Below are positions 7,401 to 8,546 of a DNA stretch of 8,546 nucleotides, in pieces. A program made the position numbers and the translations under genes. This DNA is from Selaginella moellendorffii (taxonomy: Eukaryota; Plantae; Lycopodiophyta). The notes under the pieces are model-generated. The model saw only the letters and a program-made list of their open reading frames with translations. It had not been told where the DNA came from and searched no databases. The stretch is from assembly GCF_000143415.4 (NCBI RefSeq), contig NW_003314274.1:783215-791760 (forward strand), given 5' to 3'. How positions within the stretch are numbered: position 1 is the stretch's first letter; each line of letters starts with the position of its first letter.

Positions 7401-8546
7401 TTGTTCTATTCTAGCTTACCACCATTGGAGTTTTAAATTTATATGAGAATCCAAGAGTAAAATTAACAAACCACATTGATCATGAGGAATTTACCTTAAG
7501 CTCATCAAGTATGATTTGCACAATTTTGCAACTAATTTGTTGTAGCTTGCTCACAACAACAACCAAGTGCTGAGGCACAACTTAAGACATAGAAATGGCT
7601 GATTATGTTATAGCTGTGGTTGTTCTAATATCCTAAACTTTAATAGCCATTTTCATATTTCATAAAATTTCATACTTAATTCAATTAAGGTTTCATGACT
7701 TGGATCAAATAGTGACACATCAAAAGCACACTAGATAATGACACAATTTATGCCTTGTTTTAACTTGATTATGGTGCAATAACACTAGTATAAGTCACTA
7801 CCAATTAGTTTCCTACATGATTTCCTTGCAAGCAATACATTGAGTGAATCTTATTGCAGTGGAGATCTAGGAATGTGGCATGGTGATGCTCCCATTTAAA
7901 ATATTTTTATGATTCTTTTATGATGGATTAGCTTTTTATTGCAGTCAACAAGTGTTAATGCATGGTGTTGGCTCTGAGACTATGCTAGAACAAAGTATCA
8001 TGTTTTATCATGTTTGTAACTTATTTCTATTTTTTGTACAGGAAGATGAAAAATAGCTAATTGTCACTAATAGAAAGCTAAAGACAAACTACCAAATATG
8101 CAATCCAGTTTTTTAATAGAGTTATAATTACATTTGTTTGTTATTAGCTTACTTACATCACCTTTTGAATTTAGGTATTACTATTTGATAGTAATATAGG
8201 CCTTTGATTTTGATGAACAAAGATGCAAAAAGTCTATTCAAAGAAATTATAAATGAATAAAACTATATATATTCACTTCTATATAGTTGTATATAGTAAG
8301 CATATTAGTGAGAATATATAGTTCTATATCTAGTATTTATATATATAGAATTATTTTCTATTTTTTGTTACATATATTTTGGAAATATAGTATCTAACCC
8401 CCTCATAGTCATTATGCTTTATAGTTTTTTCTAATAGTTTATTGAAAACTACACCAAAAAAATTATATACATGATTCTAAAATGGTCTTTCTTGTGTAAG
8501 GAAAGGTTGGGAAAGAGAAAAAGGAAGATAAAGAATTATGTGGGGT

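Noticed and set aside
1-8546. CRISPR array, tRNA/rRNA genes, intact transposase or reverse transcriptase
   Set aside because: No regularly spaced repeat-spacer units, no cloverleaf or rRNA motifs, and no long ORFs or catalytic motifs were seen.

Overview
AT-rich (roughly 30% GC by eye), strongly CpG-depleted (about 30 CG dinucleotides by hand count) non-coding DNA. It is most consistent with a methylated eukaryotic, probably land-plant, intergenic or TE-graveyard region. I see no credible protein-coding gene, RNA gene, CRISPR array or intact transposon. The supportable structure is: (i) a foldback with ~100-bp arms at 75-473 (~83% identical); (ii) two diverged direct copies of a ~315-bp element (3125-3443 and 5220-5531, ~77% identical in the core) with a variable-copy 7-bp array, which explains the two paralogous minus-strand ORFs; (iii) 65-bp and 48-bp tandem duplications and several micro-duplications; (iv) clusters of TGAC-type motifs and short hairpins. 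Differences between repeat copies are mostly C>T/G>A transitions, including reciprocal TG/CA pairs, which points to decay by deamination of methylated cytosine. I found no convincing novel biological system. The ~315-bp element and the foldback are the best follow-up candidates.
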